IMG/VR virus record: IMGVR_UViG_3300029928_000023
Span: 1 to 36,138 of that record
DNA: 36,138 nt
Source of the DNA: a virus
Reading direction: 5' to 3' (one strand)
Both the position numbers and the translations under genes were made by a program. Of the stretch, positions 24,687 through 32,339 are shown piece after piece. How positions within the stretch are numbered: position 1 is the stretch's first letter; each line of letters begins with the position of its first letter. The notes beneath the pieces are model-generated. The model was given only the letters and a program-made list of their open reading frames with translations, did not search any database and had not been told where the DNA came from.

Positions 24687-25216
24687 TCTCTGTCTCTCCC
24701 TTCCAACATCATCATGCTGTTGCTCTGTATCTTCTGTATCGCACTTCTGAGCTTTGCCGGCATCAGAGCATCCTTCTGCTTCCGCTTTGCAAGCTCCTCA
24801 TAGACCATTCTGAAATTCGCCCGGTCAATGTCGATGTTCTCGCTCCTGCAGATATTCACAAATCCGCCGATCTGGGTCACTGTTCTGGCGGTCAGATCAT
24901 CAAGTGTCATCATTGCATCCTGCGGCCTGTATGATCCATACATTCTGATCGCATGTAAAACAGTCTCCCATGCCTCACTCCACGCCGGTATCTCTCCCTG
25001 TCTTACCTCACAGCACATCTGCCGGATCTCAGCTATTGATGGTGACCATTTGTTTGTTGATACCCATTTGTTGAGTGCTGTCTCTGCCACTTCATACGGC
25101 AGATCCTGAAGCTGTCTGTACCAGAGTTCCATTGCTGGTCTGTTCGGCAGTAGATTCTCTCTTGGGTAGTATGTTTTCAAGCCCATTGCAAACTTTGCAA
25201 ACTCCTGTTCCGTCAT
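24683..25216 (-). CDS. G39P-like replicative helicase loader/inhibitor family protein (tentative)
   Basis: FAKFAMGLKTYYPRENLL...ELWYRQLQDLPYEVAETALNKWVSTNKWSPSIAEIRQ resembles the G39P N-terminal domain. The start is set at ATG 25216 after GAGAGGAG. Confidence 0.5.
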   Translation of the reverse strand: MTEQEFAKFAMGLKTYYPRENLLPNRPAMELWYRQLQDLPYEVAETALNKWVSTNKWSPSIAEIRQMCCEVRQGEIPAWSEAWETVLHAIRMYGSYRPQDAMMTLDDLTARTVTQIGGFVNICRSENIDIDRANFRMVYEELAKRKQKDALMPAKLRSAIQKIQSNSMMMLEGRDRE

Positions 25217-25382
25217 TCCGCTTTGCTCCTCTCCACTTTTCACACCTGCCATGCATCTGCCGGATCTCGTCTATGTACGAATTATCAAGATCACAGACAT
25301 GTAATACTCTGCCTGTATCTGAAAGCGTACAGGTCTGGTTATGTCTGCAGGTGTTACATCGTTTATTTTGTTTCATGTTCAT
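25092..25382 (-). CDS. Cys-rich small ORF. The first ~50 codons look plausible; the 3' part overlaps the G39P-like gene.
   Basis: AGGAG RBS 7 nt upstream of ATG 25382. N-terminus KRCNTCRHNQTC...HVC. The 125-nt out-of-frame overlap with the next gene lowers confidence. Confidence 0.3.
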   Translation of the reverse strand: MNMKQNKRCNTCRHNQTCTLSDTGRVLHVCDLDNSYIDEIRQMHGRCEKWRGAKRNDGTGVCKVCNGLENILPKRESTAEQTSNGTLVQTASGSAV

Positions 25383-25707
25383 GTATGATCTCCTGTTTTG
25401 CTTTCTCGATAAGCTCGGTCAAAACTACCTCTCTCTGCTCATCAACCTGATCTGCTATGCCGAATAGATCTGCAAGTGCAGCAGTTGTGATCTGAGCCCA
25501 TGCGATCTGCTCTGCAAGTGTATCGTTCATTTCTTCCGCTTCACTTCTGGCTTCTCTTCTGGTCGTCTCATTGTTCCACCACCAAGTGAATACATTGATC
25601 AATAATGCAAAACATGAGATACACTGTCTAACCAGACGCCCCTTGCCATAGTGTCTTGCGATCAACTTAATTTTTCTTGTTGCTGAATTATCCATCTCTT
25701 TCTTCAT
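25363..25707 (-). CDS. Hypothetical protein (114 aa), possibly membrane-associated
   Basis: Coupled to the replisome organizer by a 20-nt overlap. Hydrophobic segment CISCFALLINVFTWWW. Confidence 0.5.
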   Translation of the reverse strand: MKKEMDNSATRKIKLIARHYGKGRLVRQCISCFALLINVFTWWWNNETTRREARSEAEEMNDTLAEQIAWAQITTAALADLFGIADQVDEQREVVLTELIEKAKQEIIHEHETK

Positions 25708-26623
25708 CTGCGAAGCCTCCCTTTTCTGCTCGTTCCTGCGCCCATTCAGCCATCATCTTGTATGATTCATCCAACTGATCTGCTACCCGGTTGTTCCCGG
25801 AATAATTTGGCTTTGCTGTCGGTGCTGTATTTGCATAGTTATCATCAAGGACCTTTGCCATGTTGGTATCCTTTAACAGCCAGTCAAATGTGGCTATCCA
25901 GTTTCTGTTGTTCTTGCCCTTCAAGAAGTCCGATGCCTCAGCTTTCTTGAACATTTCCTCAAAATCATCAAGCGTGTAATGATTAAGCCTTGCCTTGATT
26001 GCCTTTTTTCTGGCATCTGATAAACACTTAACAACCGGGAGCGAAGGGCAATGGGCATTGTACATCTGGACAATGCGATCATAGTCGATTTTCTTTTCTT
26101 CTACTTCTTTTATCTCCCTCTTATCTCTTTCTTTATCTTCTTCTCTTTCTTCTTCTGCATCGTCTACAAGATATCTCGTAGAATCTACGGTAGAATCTAC
26201 AGTAGATTCTACAAAGCTATCTACAGTAGTTTTTTTTGCTTTCTGTTTATCTCTCCATCTTGACTGAGCCATACGTTTACTTTCTCTTATCTTATCCATG
26301 CCCTCAGTATTCTGGTGTTCCTGCCATCCGGCAACCGTTATAAAATCACCGGATCTAATGATCATTCCAAGCTGTTCAAGAGATAAAATAGCCTGCTTTA
26401 CGATGCTTTCCTTAAATCCAAGCTCATCAGCAAGCATCTTGGTTGTGTAAGGAATGTCCTCTGTAAGAAAGATTCTTCCATCAGAATTACATTTCCCTGC
26501 CATTGTGAGTAACATGATCCAAATAAGTACAATATTGTTTCCATCTGGCAGTTTTCTCAAATGCTTGATCTTTCTGTTATCAAACATTCCGGTTGTAATC
26601 TTTATCCACTTCACATCTGCCAT
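25688..26623 (-). CDS. Phage replisome organizer (N-terminal organizer domain plus a conserved phage C-terminal domain)
   Basis: MADVKWIKITTGMFDNRKIKHLRKLPDGNNIVLIWIMLL. The C-terminus carries DFLKGKNNRNWIATFDWLLK. The start is set at ATG 26623 after GAAAGGGTGA. Confidence 0.8.
   Translation of the reverse strand: MADVKWIKITTGMFDNRKIKHLRKLPDGNNIVLIWIMLLTMAGKCNSDGRIFLTEDIPYTTKMLADELGFKESIVKQAILSLEQLGMIIRSGDFITVAGWQEHQNTEGMDKIRESKRMAQSRWRDKQKAKKTTVDSFVESTVDSTVDSTRYLVDDAEEEREEDKERDKREIKEVEEKKIDYDRIVQMYNAHCPSLPVVKCLSDARKKAIKARLNHYTLDDFEEMFKKAEASDFLKGKNNRNWIATFDWLLKDTNMAKVLDDNYANTAPTAKPNYSGNNRVADQLDESYKMMAEWAQERAEKGGFADEERDG
26177..26229. repeat. Iteron-like tandem 12-bp units built on the palindrome GTAGA-n-TCTAC, inside the replisome organizer gene (candidate ori)
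   Basis: cGTAGAATCTAC gGTAGAATCTAC aGTAGATTCTAC aaagctATCTAC aGTAG, read at 26177-26229. They lie next to a ~70-nt polypyrimidine tract (26089-26157). Confidence 0.5.
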
Positions 26624-26972
26624 TCTGGTCACCCTTTCTTGCATACTCCCTGAAAGCCTGCTCATTCTTCTGCCGCATCTTCCGCACATATCTGTTGCCG
26701 GCAAGCCACGGATTTGCCGCCTGTATCTTCTGCCTTGTACGTCTCACTGTCTCGGTTGTTGGTAAGCCGAACTCTGACAGATGCAGGAAGAACTTTGGAA
26801 CAGAAACATGATCAATATTGTATCCTTGCTTTTCTCCAATCTGCTTACATACGAGATAGTACAACCGATTATCACTACTTCTTGCTGCTATATCTTTTTC
26901 AAGGACTTCATAAACAACATCCTGTGTGGATATCAGCTCTTTTTTCTTCTCTTCGATGAGGTCTGTCATCAT
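26580..26972 (-). CDS. Hypothetical early protein (130 aa)
   Basis: ORF between DUF1064 and the replisome organizer. The motif TETVRRTRQKIQAANPWL recurs in phage early proteins, from memory. Its 3' end overlaps the organizer start by 44 nt. Confidence 0.5.
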   Translation of the reverse strand: MMTDLIEEKKKELISTQDVVYEVLEKDIAARSSDNRLYYLVCKQIGEKQGYNIDHVSVPKFFLHLSEFGLPTTETVRRTRQKIQAANPWLAGNRYVRKMRQKNEQAFREYARKGDQNGRCEVDKDYNRNV

Positions 26973-26977
26973 ACCCT

Positions 26978-27388
26978 CTATACCTCCTTAATTCGTATTC
27001 CATAACGGTGGAGCATCAATTTCCGCTTGATCACATAATCTTTCGTTCTCACACCCTTAGTGTCTTCTACGACTATATTCTCACCCTCTTTGTAGACAAA
27101 ATCGGCAACATAGTAGCAACTCTGTTCTATGACCTTACCGGGCTTATATTCGCCCTTATGAGGTCCAGCCTTGTACATCTCAGTCGATTGTTCTCTCTGT
27201 CTCGGTATAAGCTCGTATCTGACCTGTCTCTTGAGGTCTGTGATCTCTCCTGCCTTTTCTAACAGCTTAAGCTCCATGTACCGGTTTGCTTCTTTCTTGG
27301 AATCAAATAGAATCCCATCGACCTCAACCTTTTTATTCCTGTACTTTCTGTCCAATGATGCTTTCTTTATCCACTGTGGATTCATCAA
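26978..27388 (-). CDS. DUF1064-family protein (putative endonuclease/resolvase-like)
   Basis: KYRNKKVEVDGILFDSKKEANRYMELKLLEKAGEITDLKRQVRYEL is the DUF1064 signature. Confidence 0.7.
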   Translation of the reverse strand: MMNPQWIKKASLDRKYRNKKVEVDGILFDSKKEANRYMELKLLEKAGEITDLKRQVRYELIPRQREQSTEMYKAGPHKGEYKPGKVIEQSCYYVADFVYKEGENIVVEDTKGVRTKDYVIKRKLMLHRYGIRIKEV

Positions 27389-27479
27389 TGCTCCTTTCTC
27401 CCTGCCACCGGATCAGCGGCAGGGCTATATACAATGGCTTATACTGTGTGATGTGTGTATCTGCCATGAACAAGTATCT

Positions 27480-28472
27480 TTATGAAAACAGTGCAGCGGC
27501 GGCAGGATTCTGCTGTGTAGTCTGCGGCTGTTCAATAACAGATGCTTCTTCCTTGCCCTGTTCCGGTTCCGGTTTTGCTTCCGGTTCTGATGCAGTGGAA
27601 TCAACATATTCCTCTGTATCGTTTTCCACATAGGTCACATTTCCATCTCCATCCATAGTGGTCATATCACGCTCAAATGCGCTCTGAAGATCAATACTCA
27701 TAACACCCCACTTGGAAATTAACTGACGGAGCATTGTTTTATATGCCATTCCATCAAAATTCTTGTACCAGAATGATGAATACATCCACGAATCTCTCGG
27801 ATCATAATTACCGGCTTCATAGTCAGCAAATGACACCTTTTCTTTCTCGCCATACTTTGTGTTAATCTTTACAGCATCCTTGCTGAAAGCCTGTGAATAC
27901 TTATCCGCATGAGCAAGCATCTGTTCCTTGCTCCAGTACATTGTCTTTCTGAATCCATTTACCAGCTCAAACATGGCATAGTAACCGATTGTCTCAGCTT
28001 CTTCTCTCTTATCCCAGTCATCAACCATAAGATTGACTTTGATGTCCTCATTGAGCGGGTCAAAGTATTCAAGCTCACCTTCTTTGATTGCTACTACGTT
28101 CAGTCTCTTATACTGACCGGATCGGATCGCAAGCTGGATATATCCCTTGTATCCCATCTGGAACTGTGCCTCTTTGGTACCTGCCTTGGTATTGTTGAAC
28201 GGAACCATATAGTAATGTCCGAGCTGTGGAGATGGTGAAAGCTGTAAACTCTCGCCAAGAAGTGCTGCTGAAAGAATCGACTGATTTGTGCACTCCTGAA
28301 GTGTAGGGTTGGTATTATATGCTGATACGATCGCAGAAATGAAACGCTGTCCATTCTTACCACCAACTACCTGATTGATCTGATTCTTTATTGCATCCTG
28401 TGTAAGGTATGCTGTGATTCCAAGATTCTGCTGTGCCTTGCTTTTTTTCACTAAACTGTTATTAACTGCCAT
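27480..28472 (-). CDS. recT: RecT-family single-strand annealing recombinase
   Basis: FISAIVSAYNTNPTLQECTNQSILSAALLGESLQLSPSPQLGHYYMVPF...FQMGYKGYIQLAIRSGQY. Confidence 0.85.
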   Translation of the reverse strand: MAVNNSLVKKSKAQQNLGITAYLTQDAIKNQINQVVGGKNGQRFISAIVSAYNTNPTLQECTNQSILSAALLGESLQLSPSPQLGHYYMVPFNNTKAGTKEAQFQMGYKGYIQLAIRSGQYKRLNVVAIKEGELEYFDPLNEDIKVNLMVDDWDKREEAETIGYYAMFELVNGFRKTMYWSKEQMLAHADKYSQAFSKDAVKINTKYGEKEKVSFADYEAGNYDPRDSWMYSSFWYKNFDGMAYKTMLRQLISKWGVMSIDLQSAFERDMTTMDGDGNVTYVENDTEEYVDSTASEPEAKPEPEQGKEEASVIEQPQTTQQNPAAAALFS

Positions 28473-28484
28473 TTACTTTTCCTC

Positions 28485-28802
28485 CTAATGCATGATCATG
28501 TCTTTTAATGCCTTGAGAAACGCATCTTCGAAAATTGATGCCGGATCCTCTGTATTGTCCTTGTTGCTATCTGCTTTTGCCAATATTGTGCACACATCCT
28601 GTATGAGACCTTTCATACTCTCGTCAAAATCTTTCTCGGCTTTTGATACTTCCATAACTCTGTTTATCAACTGCTCTGTAGCTGACTCCCCATACTCTTT
28701 GGCAAGTGATTCTCTTATTGCCTTCACTGTGAGTGCCAACTCCGATATAATCATCGGTGCTGATCCGTTTATTGATACTAATCCGCTTACTGCTTTAATC
28801 AT
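28485..28802 (-). CDS. Hypothetical protein (105 aa)
   Basis: Compact ORF between DUF1351 and RecT with an AGGAGG RBS upstream. Confidence 0.5.
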   Translation of the reverse strand: MIKAVSGLVSINGSAPMIISELALTVKAIRESLAKEYGESATEQLINRVMEVSKAEKDFDESMKGLIQDVCTILAKADSNKDNTEDPASIFEDAFLKALKDMIMH

Positions 28803-28814
28803 CTTGTATACCTC

Positions 28815-29681
28815 CTAAATAGCTTTAAATTCTATATTTCTGCTCTTAAAGAACTCTTTCAATGCATAAGCATCTTCCGTTGTGAGCAACACCTCAAATC
28901 TGACTACCATTCTCTCCTGTGTGCTGTCAGCACTCTGCACCGGTTCTACTGTCTCATCCTGTTTTGCCGGTGCAATTACCGTCTGTTCTTCCTTAATCTC
29001 CTTTGCCTTGCGTTCTTCCTCTGCCTTTCGTGATTCTTCTGCAGCTTTCCTTTTAGCCTCTGCTTCAGCCTTTGCCTTTGCAATTTCTGCAATTCTCTGT
29101 GCCTCTTTGATGGCTTTATTTACATCAAGTGTCTGCTTGTATACCTCTGTCGCCTCAAAGCCAAACTTCGGCAGATTATGAAGTGTCAGAACATCATTAC
29201 CAATCTGGTACATTCTTGACCGCATCTGTTCCTCAATGCTTTTCATCGAAGTGGATGCATTCAGCCACTTAGGATCCCAGATCTTCTCAATCGTTACAAA
29301 GTTCTGAAAGCCAATGCCGGCAAATAACTCCTCGATGTCTTTCTGCTTCTTGGCTTTTTTCTGATCTTCAAATTCTTTCACCTGCTTGTCGATCACAGCT
29401 ATAGGTTTGTCTATAATTCCAATGATCTCATTGACCTGTGCTTTAAATTTATCGAATGGCAGCATATACTCTTTTTCTCTTCGTATACGTTCATCATTCA
29501 ATGTCTTTTTCATCTTGTTAAGTGTTGCTCTTTCTTTCTTGGCATCCTGAATCTGATCATCCGTATATACAAGAGTCTCATAAAATGCCACCTTCTCAGT
29601 CAACTCTGCTTTCAGTTCCTCATAATTGAAACTGATCTTTTCCGGTATTGCTACCTCATTCACTCTTAATTCCATGTACAT
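28815..29681 (-). CDS. DUF1351-family protein (RecT-associated phage protein)
   Basis: N-terminus MELRVNEVAIPEKISFNYEELKAELTEKV, a central Lys/Glu/Ala coiled region, and conserved synteny with RecT. ATG 29675 after GGGAGGA is the more likely start. Confidence 0.6.
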   Translation of the reverse strand: MYMELRVNEVAIPEKISFNYEELKAELTEKVAFYETLVYTDDQIQDAKKERATLNKMKKTLNDERIRREKEYMLPFDKFKAQVNEIIGIIDKPIAVIDKQVKEFEDQKKAKKQKDIEELFAGIGFQNFVTIEKIWDPKWLNASTSMKSIEEQMRSRMYQIGNDVLTLHNLPKFGFEATEVYKQTLDVNKAIKEAQRIAEIAKAKAEAEAKRKAAEESRKAEEERKAKEIKEEQTVIAPAKQDETVEPVQSADSTQERMVVRFEVLLTTEDAYALKEFFKSRNIEFKAI

Positions 29682-29833
29682 CCTCCCACCATAGCCAGTT
29701 CATACTGACCATCTTTGTTTATTTTCATCATGCTCATGATCCGGTCTGTCTGTTTCCGTCTCTCATCTTCGCAGTCGCATCGCTCTCCCGGATCAAGATT
29801 CGCTCCACAGTTACTGCAAATTCTGTAATACAT
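29666..29833 (-). CDS. Small zinc-ribbon-like protein (55 aa); not in the ORF track
   Basis: My translation is MYYRICSNCGANLDPGERCDCEDERRKQTDRIMSMMKINKDGQYELAMVGGCTWN. GGGGTGAG RBS. Confidence 0.5.
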   Translation of the reverse strand: MYYRICSNCGANLDPGERCDCEDERRKQTDRIMSMMKINKDGQYELAMVGGCTWN

Positions 29834-29851
29834 TTTTCTCTCACCCCTTTG

Positions 29852-30499
29852 CTATATTTCCGGTAATTTCAGTGCAGGTGTTTTTTTCATCTGTACATGC
29901 TCCCAGAACTTTGATTCTTCCTCGATCAGATACTTGATATCTTCCTCAGCCTCCGACCGTTCTATCGGATAATGTCTCGTCTGTAAGTACACATCCTCTC
30001 CATATACAGATTTAAGCTGTGCCTTAAGTATTACGAAGTCAAACTCGGTAACCATCAGGTAATGCAGCACCTGTATGTAATAGTTATCCGGTATCCTGTG
30101 ATCCCACTTCTCTTTTTGCATGGACTGTAAGATATTCGTGGTCTTACATTCCCATATGCCTCTACGCCCATCCTGATCTATGAGCCAACCGTCAAGGCTT
30201 GCATGTGCCCACGGATACTTGTCATTGAACCAAATGTTATTTTCTTCATAACACATCTGGTATTCCGGATAGTCCAGTTTGAACAATTCCCTGAGAAGCG
30301 GCTCAGCTTCTGTTCCATATTTCACATATGGTTTATCCGATATATCCACCGGATCAATTCCATATGCTTTTTCTTTCCAAAGCTCCACATTGCTTTTATA
30401 TGGGTTCATTCCCACAATAGCCGAAGCATCCGAACCGCCAATCTTAGTCCTTGCCTTTAGCCATTCTCCATGACTGGATAACACTTTCATCTCAACCAT
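29852..30499 (-). CDS. YqaJ-type (lambda Exo-like) recombination exonuclease
   Basis: GGSDASAIVGMNPYKSNVELW ... ASLDGWL ... WECKTT ... YYIQVLHYLMV. The start is set at ATG 30499 after AGGAGAA. The 57-codon 5' extension in the track is Cys/Trp/Gly-rich and overlaps another ORF. Confidence 0.8.
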   Translation of the reverse strand: MVEMKVLSSHGEWLKARTKIGGSDASAIVGMNPYKSNVELWKEKAYGIDPVDISDKPYVKYGTEAEPLLRELFKLDYPEYQMCYEENNIWFNDKYPWAHASLDGWLIDQDGRRGIWECKTTNILQSMQKEKWDHRIPDNYYIQVLHYLMVTEFDFVILKAQLKSVYGEDVYLQTRHYPIERSEAEEDIKYLIEEESKFWEHVQMKKTPALKLPEI

Positions 30500-30690
30500 G
30501 CTTTTCTCCTGCCTACCAGATAAGGGAGTGTCAGCAGCACTCCGACAAATGCCTGTCCAAGGTGTGCATACCACGGTTCCATGATCCTCATTTCTTCCGC
30601 AAACGCCACCGAGCTTGCCGCTCCATACACCAGAACGAATCCAGCAAAGAACATGATCCCAACAGCGCACTTACATATCTTCTTTTTCAC
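30487..30690 (-). CDS. Small two-TM membrane protein
   Basis: Hydrophobic segments AVGIMFFAGFVLVYGAASSV and LGQAFVGVLLTLPYLV. GTG 30690 is preceded by GGGGTGAG. Confidence 0.4.
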   Translation of the reverse strand: MKKKICKCAVGIMFFAGFVLVYGAASSVAFAEEMRIMEPWYAHLGQAFVGVLLTLPYLVGRRKAWLR

Positions 30691-30711
30691 TACCAACTCA
30701 CCCCTTTCCTT

Positions 30712-30924
30712 TCATCCCATAGCCTTTATGAGATCATTTAACTGCTCTATTGTGATGCCCTGTCTCGCTGCAAGCTTTCCCGGAGAAATGTTATAAGTCC
30801 AGATGCTTGACATCTTGATCGCATCACCTATGTCCAATAAGTTCCTCTGCATTCCAATCCGGATAAACTGAGGGGAGCATCCCATTACCTCAGCCGCCTG
30901 ATTCGGTGTTATCTTCTTTACCAT
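30712..30924 (-). CDS. Small HTH DNA-binding protein (excisionase/Xis-like, tentative)
   Basis: ITPNQAAEVMGCSPQFIRIGMQ is a helix-turn-helix pattern. AAAGGAG RBS. 70 aa. Confidence 0.45.
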   Translation of the reverse strand: MVKKITPNQAAEVMGCSPQFIRIGMQRNLLDIGDAIKMSSIWTYNISPGKLAARQGITIEQLNDLIKAMG

Positions 30925-31018
30925 GTCGATTTCTCCTTTCTTTTCTTGATTCCCATTTGTCGAAAATCAACCTTCCGACAAATGTTCCAATGGCTATGCC
31001 AATGATTGTGCTTAACAT
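30890..31018 (-). CDS. Possible 42-aa peptide with an N-terminal TM helix and a basic tail
   Basis: My translation is MLSTIIGIAIGTFVGRLIFDKWESRKERRNRHGKEDNTESGG. The ATG overlaps the upstream stop (ATGTTAA). Its 3' end overlaps the Xis-like gene by 35 nt. Confidence 0.3.
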   Translation of the reverse strand: MLSTIIGIAIGTFVGRLIFDKWESRKERRNRHGKEDNTESGG

Positions 31019-31140
31019 GATTCTATTTTTATCCTTTTTCTGCTGAAACAAATACATCTACCAAATGGCAGATTGATCTGTAACCATGATTCAACGTATC
31101 TGTTCCCATTCTCCGTGTATTTTGTTATGTAGTGATGCAT
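31012..31140 (-). CDS. Possible 42-aa peptide
   Basis: My translation is MHHYITKYTENGNRYVESWLQINLPFGRCICFSRKRIKIESC. AAAGGAG RBS upstream. Confidence 0.3.
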   Translation of the reverse strand: MHHYITKYTENGNRYVESWLQINLPFGRCICFSRKRIKIESC

Positions 31141-31163
31141 GTCTCTCCTTTCTCACCGTTTTG

Positions 31164-31172
31164 TGTTACAAT
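31164..31172 (+). promoter_or_regulatory. Extended -10 element TGTTACAAT for plus-strand moron 1
   Basis: TGnTACAAT lies 27 nt upstream of ATG 31199, followed by AAAGGAGGG. The -35 is weak. Confidence 0.45.
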
Positions 31173-31198
31173 AATAAAAAACCAAAGGAGGGTTTCTT

Positions 31199-31543
31199 AT
31201 GCCTGTCACAAAATCAGATATCAAAATATTGAATTATGTCCACCATCGTCACTTTCGACCTGTCACCTATGCGGCACTTTCTGGTAAATTCAGCAAGCAT
31301 GAAGTAGACAATCTTATCAAAGGTGAACTTTTGTCCTACGTTCCTATAATCGTTGATTATCAGGGAATCCCATCGGAAAAGCTTGCCGCCGAATCTGCAA
31401 TATCCCTTACCAAAAATGGTATATATGTGGTTGAACAGAATCAGTGGTTCGATACCAAATATCTGCTTACGCAAATAATCGTCCCTATACTGGTTGGTGT
31501 CGCAAGTGCCGTCATTACAACAGTCTTATTACGATTACTGTAG
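31199..31543 (+). CDS. Tail-anchored membrane protein, moron 1 (N-terminal wHTH-like region, single C-terminal TM)
   Basis: AAAGGAGGG RBS. C-terminus IIVPILVGVASAVITTVLLRLL. It is on the opposite strand to the surrounding early genes. Confidence 0.65.
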   Translation: MPVTKSDIKILNYVHHRHFRPVTYAALSGKFSKHEVDNLIKGELLSYVPIIVDYQGIPSEKLAAESAISLTKNGIYVVEQNQWFDTKYLLTQIIVPILVGVASAVITTVLLRLL

Positions 31544-31655
31544 CTATGCCTATGGCTGCTCCTATCAGTCCCATCACTGCAGGTCTGATATAATCACACC
31601 AAAGATCTTCCATGAAGTATGGCTCATTAAGTTTTTTCTTGATCTTCTTGAACAT
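31515..31655 (-). CDS. Possible 46-aa tail-anchored peptide, convergent with moron 1
   Basis: My translation is MFKKIKKKLNEPYFMEDLWCDYIRPAVMGLIGAAIGIATVIVIRLL. Weak AAAGGAAA RBS. Its 3' end overlaps moron 1 by 29 nt. Confidence 0.35.
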   Translation of the reverse strand: MFKKIKKKLNEPYFMEDLWCDYIRPAVMGLIGAAIGIATVIVIRLL

Positions 31656-31678
31656 CTATGTTTTCCTTTCTTGTTATG

Positions 31679-31687
31679 TGTTACAAT
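31679..31687 (+). promoter_or_regulatory. Extended -10 element TGTTACAAT for plus-strand moron 2
   Basis: The same 10-mer, GTGTTACAAT, occurs upstream of moron 1. It is followed by an AAGGAGG RBS and ATG 31714. Confidence 0.45.
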
Positions 31688-31713
31688 GGTAAAAACTAAG
31701 GAGGTTCGCATCT

Positions 31714-32061
31714 ATGTATGAATACGATTACGATAAAGTCACTCTAAATTTGGAAGAAAAATACAAACTCTTTATTACCAAACACAAAAAGAAAACAACC
31801 GAAAAGTTTTTAGGTGATTCTAAAGACTACTTACTTGGAATTCGTTTCATTGAAGCCAACTACTCTGGTCAGTGGAATGAAATAGGTGAACACATACCCG
31901 ATGGTACATATTCTGTAACCTGGTATTATGGCCGTTATCTTATATGGAAAAGGAATAAAGCTTTTTATGGAATGCTTTCATCGTTTGTAACTCCCATAGT
32001 TGTTTCCATAATTACATCAGTACTAACAGTAATAGTCCTACGCATATTAGGCTTAGGATAA
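31714..32061 (+). CDS. Tail-anchored membrane protein, moron 2
   Basis: AAGGAGG RBS. The C-terminus FVTPIVVSIITSVLTVIVLRILGLG resembles the moron 1 anchor. Confidence 0.65.
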   Translation: MYEYDYDKVTLNLEEKYKLFITKHKKKTTEKFLGDSKDYLLGIRFIEANYSGQWNEIGEHIPDGTYSVTWYYGRYLIWKRNKAFYGMLSSFVTPIVVSIITSVLTVIVLRILGLG

Positions 32062-32248
32062 GAATTGCTGTTCTGTATCTGCGTTCCTTCTTGTAAAGGT
32101 GTTCAAAGAACTTCATTTCATCATCTGAAACTGGGAAAATCTCCTGGAAGGCTTTTCGTTCTTCTAGGATTTTTTCGTTCTTCATTTCTTTTTTGATGAC
32201 TTTCATGTCCCCTGCTTCCAATGTTTTGTTTAACTGTTCTGTTGTCAT
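32012..32248 (-). CDS. Tail-anchored early protein (78 aa), convergent with moron 2
   Basis: AAGGAGAAAGGAG RBS. C-terminal TM helix AILILSLICVGLLLLVLM. Its 3' end overlaps moron 2 by 50 nt. Confidence 0.55.
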   Translation of the reverse strand: MTTEQLNKTLEAGDMKVIKKEMKNEKILEERKAFQEIFPVSDDEMKFFEHLYKKERRYRTAILILSLICVGLLLLVLM

Positions 32249-32263
32249 GGTTCTCCTTTCTCC

Positions 32264-32292
32264 TTGTCGTCCTCACCATTTCACCCTATAAT
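32264..32292 (+). promoter_or_regulatory. Sigma-70-type promoter for moron 3
   Basis: TTGTCG (32264-32269), N17, TATAAT (32287-32292). Confidence 0.45.
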
Positions 32293-32339
32293 TTCCGTAG
32301 GTGCTACCAACACCAATTCATACGAAAGAAGGTGAAACT

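Noticed and set aside
30500-30670. 57-codon N-terminal extension of the exonuclease ORF (MRCWDHVLCW...)
   Set aside because: It has no RBS and an atypical Cys/Trp/Gly-rich composition, and it overlaps a small membrane ORF. The YqaJ homology begins right after ATG 30499, which has an AGGAGAA RBS.
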